This document shows, piece after piece, positions 60,875 to 64,000 of a DNA stretch of 64,000 bases. A program made the translations under genes and the position numbers. The first letter of the stretch is position 1; every line of letters starts with the position of its first letter. Below the pieces are notes generated by a model. It saw only the letters and a program-made list of their open reading frames with translations, was not told the origin of the DNA and made no database searches. Origin of the DNA: Candidatus Dadabacteria bacterium (lineage in GTDB: Bacteria > Desulfobacterota_D > UBA1144 > Nemesobacterales > CSP1-2); the NCBI GenBank assembly GCA_963805855.1, contig CAWDVW010000005.1, forward strand, positions 32,531-96,530, read 5' to 3'.

Positions 60875-62626
60875 TTAATTATCATTAGCTGTGTTTCTTA
60901 CGACCTCGTCAACGGTAGTTATTCCCTGCTTGAGCTTGTTGAGAGCGCTTTGCCTTAGTGTCTTCATTTTCTGTCTCATTGCTTCGCGTTTGATTTCGTA
61001 TGCCGAAGCACCGCTAAGTATAAATCCCTTAAGGTCTTCTGACATAGTCATTACTTCGTACACCGCTATTCTTCCACTATAGCCTGTCCCCAAACATTTT
61101 TTGCAACCATTATCCGACTTTTTATAAACTTTACAATCCGAAGCCTCCTTCGGTGGTACGCCCAAATCGATAAGCACCTGAGGCGAAACATCGTACTCAA
61201 CCCTACAGTCCTTACACACCTTTCTTACCAGCCTTTGAGCCACAACTGCATTCAAAGAGGCTGTAACCAGAAATGGCTCCACACCCATGTTAAGAAGTCG
61301 CGTAATAGATGACGGTGCGTCATTTGTGTGAAGTGTCGAGAGCACAAGATGCCCGGTAAGTGCCGATTTAATGGCTATCTCTGCAGTTTCATAATCTCTG
61401 ATCTCACCCACGAGTATCACGTCTGGATCCTGTCTTAGGAACGATCTTAAACAAGAAGCGAACGTAAGCCCTATATTATCGTTGACTTGAACCTGGTTTA
61501 CTCCAGGAAGGCTATACTCAACAGGGTCTTCAGCCGTGGAAATATTGACTTCCGTGCTGTTTAGTTCCATCAGGCTTGAATACAAAGTGGTTGTTTTACC
61601 ACTTCCTGTCGGCCCGGTTATCAAAACCATTCCAAACGGTTTAAATATGGATTGTCTAAAGTCCGTCAGTTGTTCTTCATCATAACCCAGCTTGGTTAAG
61701 TCGAGCTGAAGCGATTCCTGATCAAGTATCCTCATAACCGCCTTTTCTCCAAAAAGCGTGGGTATGACCGAGACTCTGAATTCTACATTTCTATCCTTTC
61801 CAAATTTAATTCTTATTCGTCCATCCTGAGGAAGTCTGTGTTCAGCAATGTCTAAATCCGCCATTACCTTAATCCTCGACGATACCGCATTTCTAAGCTT
61901 TGTGGGTGGCCGCATGATGTCATAAAGAACACCATCGATTCTATATCTTATCCTGTAATCCTTTGAATAAGGTTCTATGTGAATGTCACTCGCACCCCTT
62001 CTCAGCGCATCTAAGAGCAGGTGGTGTACAAGCCTAATTACGGGTGCCTCACCCGAAGCCCTTTCCAACTCCTTAACATTTATACCTGCGTCAACATTGA
62101 AGTCTACAGAAATATCTTTAAGGTCACCAATTAGCTTGTCTACGTCTTTATATGTTTCCTCACTGCGTCTTCTTTCTTCCCATTCCCTTTCAGACCCGTA
62201 GTATTCGTGTATTGATTTTTCTATTGCACGTTCAGTGGAGACTACAACTTCGATACTTTGACCTGTGGCAAATTTAATTTCGTCTATTGCAAAAATATTT
62301 GAAGGGTCAGACATCGCTATGACTAGAGTAGAATCGGTATGATTTATCGGTATAAGATTGTACTTCATAGCGGATTCTCTTGAGACATATTTTAGCGCTT
62401 CCAGGTCAATATCAAAATTGTCTAGATTAATCGCCGGCACACCATATCGCTTACTCAGGTGTGCGGCTAACTGATATTCATCAATATAGCCCATGGTTAG
62501 AAGCACGTCGCTCAATCTATCACCGCTTCTTTTCTGCTCTTCAAGGGCTTCTTGAAGCTGGTCCGGACTAACCAACTCTTCCTTTAAGAATATGTCGCCT
62601 TTGAGAATGTCTTTTTGCTGCTCCAT
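60875..62626 (-). CDS. pilB: Type IV pilus assembly ATPase PilB (GspE family) with a C-terminal tetra-Cys zinc finger
   Basis: N-terminal GSPII-like domain, Walker A GPTGSGKTT and a CKDC...CKKC tetracysteine. Confidence 0.85.
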   Translation of the reverse strand: MEQQKDILKGDIFLKEELVSPDQLQEALEEQKRSGDRLSDVLLTMGYIDEYQLAAHLSKRYGVPAINLDNFDIDLEALKYVSRESAMKYNLIPINHTDSTLVIAMSDPSNIFAIDEIKFATGQSIEVVVSTERAIEKSIHEYYGSEREWEERRRSEETYKDVDKLIGDLKDISVDFNVDAGINVKELERASGEAPVIRLVHHLLLDALRRGASDIHIEPYSKDYRIRYRIDGVLYDIMRPPTKLRNAVSSRIKVMADLDIAEHRLPQDGRIRIKFGKDRNVEFRVSVIPTLFGEKAVMRILDQESLQLDLTKLGYDEEQLTDFRQSIFKPFGMVLITGPTGSGKTTTLYSSLMELNSTEVNISTAEDPVEYSLPGVNQVQVNDNIGLTFASCLRSFLRQDPDVILVGEIRDYETAEIAIKSALTGHLVLSTLHTNDAPSSITRLLNMGVEPFLVTASLNAVVAQRLVRKVCKDCRVEYDVSPQVLIDLGVPPKEASDCKVYKKSDNGCKKCLGTGYSGRIAVYEVMTMSEDLKGFILSGASAYEIKREAMRQKMKTLRQSALNKLKQGITTVDEVVRNTANDN

Positions 62627-62877
62627 AATATCAAGATTACTTTATTTAAATATTACTCTCCAAATTAAAAAATATCTAAGAAATAAAGATTCGTTTGTCA
62701 ATAATCACTCTTTCTATTATACATTAAAATCAAAAAAATGTTCGATAAAAACAAATTCACAAAAACAATAAATCGAAAAAAGACCTCCGTTGGATTCATC
62801 TATACAGACCTAGGTTAATCTATCGTTGAGGATTTCTCTTATTGAACCGATTATGATCTCAGGTAGTATTAAGCGCT

Positions 62878-64000
62878 ATGTCATCCGCCGGGAATGTTAC
62901 AGTCATCGGTGCTGGTTTGGCAGGATCCGAGGCAACATATTATTTAGCAAAGCATGGCATCAAAGTAAAGCTCTTCGAAATGAGACCAAGAGTTTTTACA
63001 CCTGCACATAACACATCACTTTTCGGAGAGCTTGTTTGCAGCAACTCTTTCAAATCAAGTTCATTGATAAATGCCAGTGGAGTACTGAAAGAAGAAATGA
63101 AAAAACTAGGCTCAATAGTTATGGAAGCTGCCGAGATGACCAAGGTTCCCGCTGGTCAAGCCCTGGCTGTTGACCGAGAAAAGTTCTCAGACTATCTAAC
63201 AAAAAAGTTGCGACAAAATCATCTGATCGAAATTATTATCGATGAGGTAAACGAAATTCCTCCCACAAATGAAGGGCCCGTAATTATAGCCACAGGACCC
63301 CTTACTTCAAATAATTTGACTCAAAGGATACTTCAGCTCACCGAATCGGAAAATCTTTATTTCTACGATGCTATATCTCCCATAATAGACGCGGAATCAA
63401 TTGACCTCTCAAAGACATTTAAGGGTTCGAGATACGGGAAGGGGTCTGATGAAGAGGGTGATTATTTGAACTGTTCTTTAAACGAACAAGAATACGATAA
63501 ATTTGCGGATGAAATTATAAATGCGCAAAAGGTAGAAATCCGGGATTTTGAAAAGGAAATATATTTTGAAGGCTGCCTACCGATTGAAGTTTTAGCCCAA
63601 AGGGGTAAAGACTCATTGCGATTCGGCCCAATGAAACCTGTGGGTCTAATCGATCCACGAACAAAAAAAAGACCTTATTCGGTAATCCAACTCAGGAAGG
63701 AAAATAACTCATCGTCAATGTACAGTATGGTAGGATTTCAAACCAAGCTCACATATCCTGAACAGAGAAGGATTCTTACGTTAATACCGGGACTAGAAAA
63801 TGCGGAGTTCCTGAGATACGGTAGCATTCACAGAAATACGTTCGTAAACTCACCAAAGGTTCTTCTTCCAAGTCTTCAGATAAAAGGGAATGAAAAAATG
63901 ATGCTTGCTGGTCAAATAGTAGGAGTTGAAGGATATGTTGAATCAGCAGCCATGGGTCTACTTGCTGGAATTAATGCCTTGAGAATCGTGAAAGGTTTAA
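62878..64000 (+). CDS. trmFO: Folate-dependent tRNA (m5U54) methyltransferase TrmFO, 3'-truncated by the window edge
   Basis: VTVIGAGLAGSEA FAD-binding motif. Open frame to the window end. Not in the ORF track because no stop is reached. Confidence 0.85.
   Translation, partial: MSSAGNVTVIGAGLAGSEATYYLAKHGIKVKLFEMRPRVFTPAHNTSLFGELVCSNSFKSSSLINASGVLKEEMKKLGSIVMEAAEMTKVPAGQALAVDREKFSDYLTKKLRQNHLIEIIIDEVNEIPPTNEGPVIIATGPLTSNNLTQRILQLTESENLYFYDAISPIIDAESIDLSKTFKGSRYGKGSDEEGDYLNCSLNEQEYDKFADEIINAQKVEIRDFEKEIYFEGCLPIEVLAQRGKDSLRFGPMKPVGLIDPRTKKRPYSVIQLRKENNSSSMYSMVGFQTKLTYPEQRRILTLIPGLENAEFLRYGSIHRNTFVNSPKVLLPSLQIKGNEKMMLAGQIVGVEGYVESAAMGLLAGINALRIVKGL

Overview
This is a low-GC (~42%) bacterial chromosomal segment, probably from an uncultured environmental lineage. 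Gene density is about 85%, with about 50 protein genes and two tRNAs (Ser-CGA, Phe-GAA). Housekeeping content: a partial sulfite/nitrite-reductase gene at the 5' end, a DinG-family helicase with an N-terminal RadC-like JAB domain, a KDPG-aldolase-like gene, RNase R, a split methylmalonyl-CoA mutase with an aldehyde dehydrogenase, two separated type IV pilus loci (pilMNOPQ and pilBTC), a PAS/GAF/GGDEF/EAL signalling protein, a second sulfite reductase with a ferredoxin and a sigma-70 factor, an ammonium transporter with a porin, miaB and trmFO (partial at the 3' end). The most system-like accessory region lies at 28.0-39.7 kb. It holds a CusRS/CopRS-type heavy-metal two-component system, three paralogous Cys/Asp-rich secreted proteins of an uncharacterised family, and a convergent CzcCBA/CusCBA-type RND efflux operon. 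The paralogs sit in a tandem duplication that left a frameshifted remnant of the first gene. The region is punctuated by an approximately 125-bp foldback (MITE-like) element with 13-bp terminal inverted repeats (GGGGACAGACACT). Four copies of this element occur in the window, and two of them bracket an MFS transporter gene. Other unexplained sequence structure includes a REP-like family of 7-bp-stem hairpins at three loci, and a two-copy approximately 300-bp non-coding repeat containing a conserved 9-bp-stem hairpin. A metzincin protease gene has its catalytic motif and Met-turn in different frames. All calls rest on motif-level reading of the supplied translations and on the DNA itself. No database search was run.
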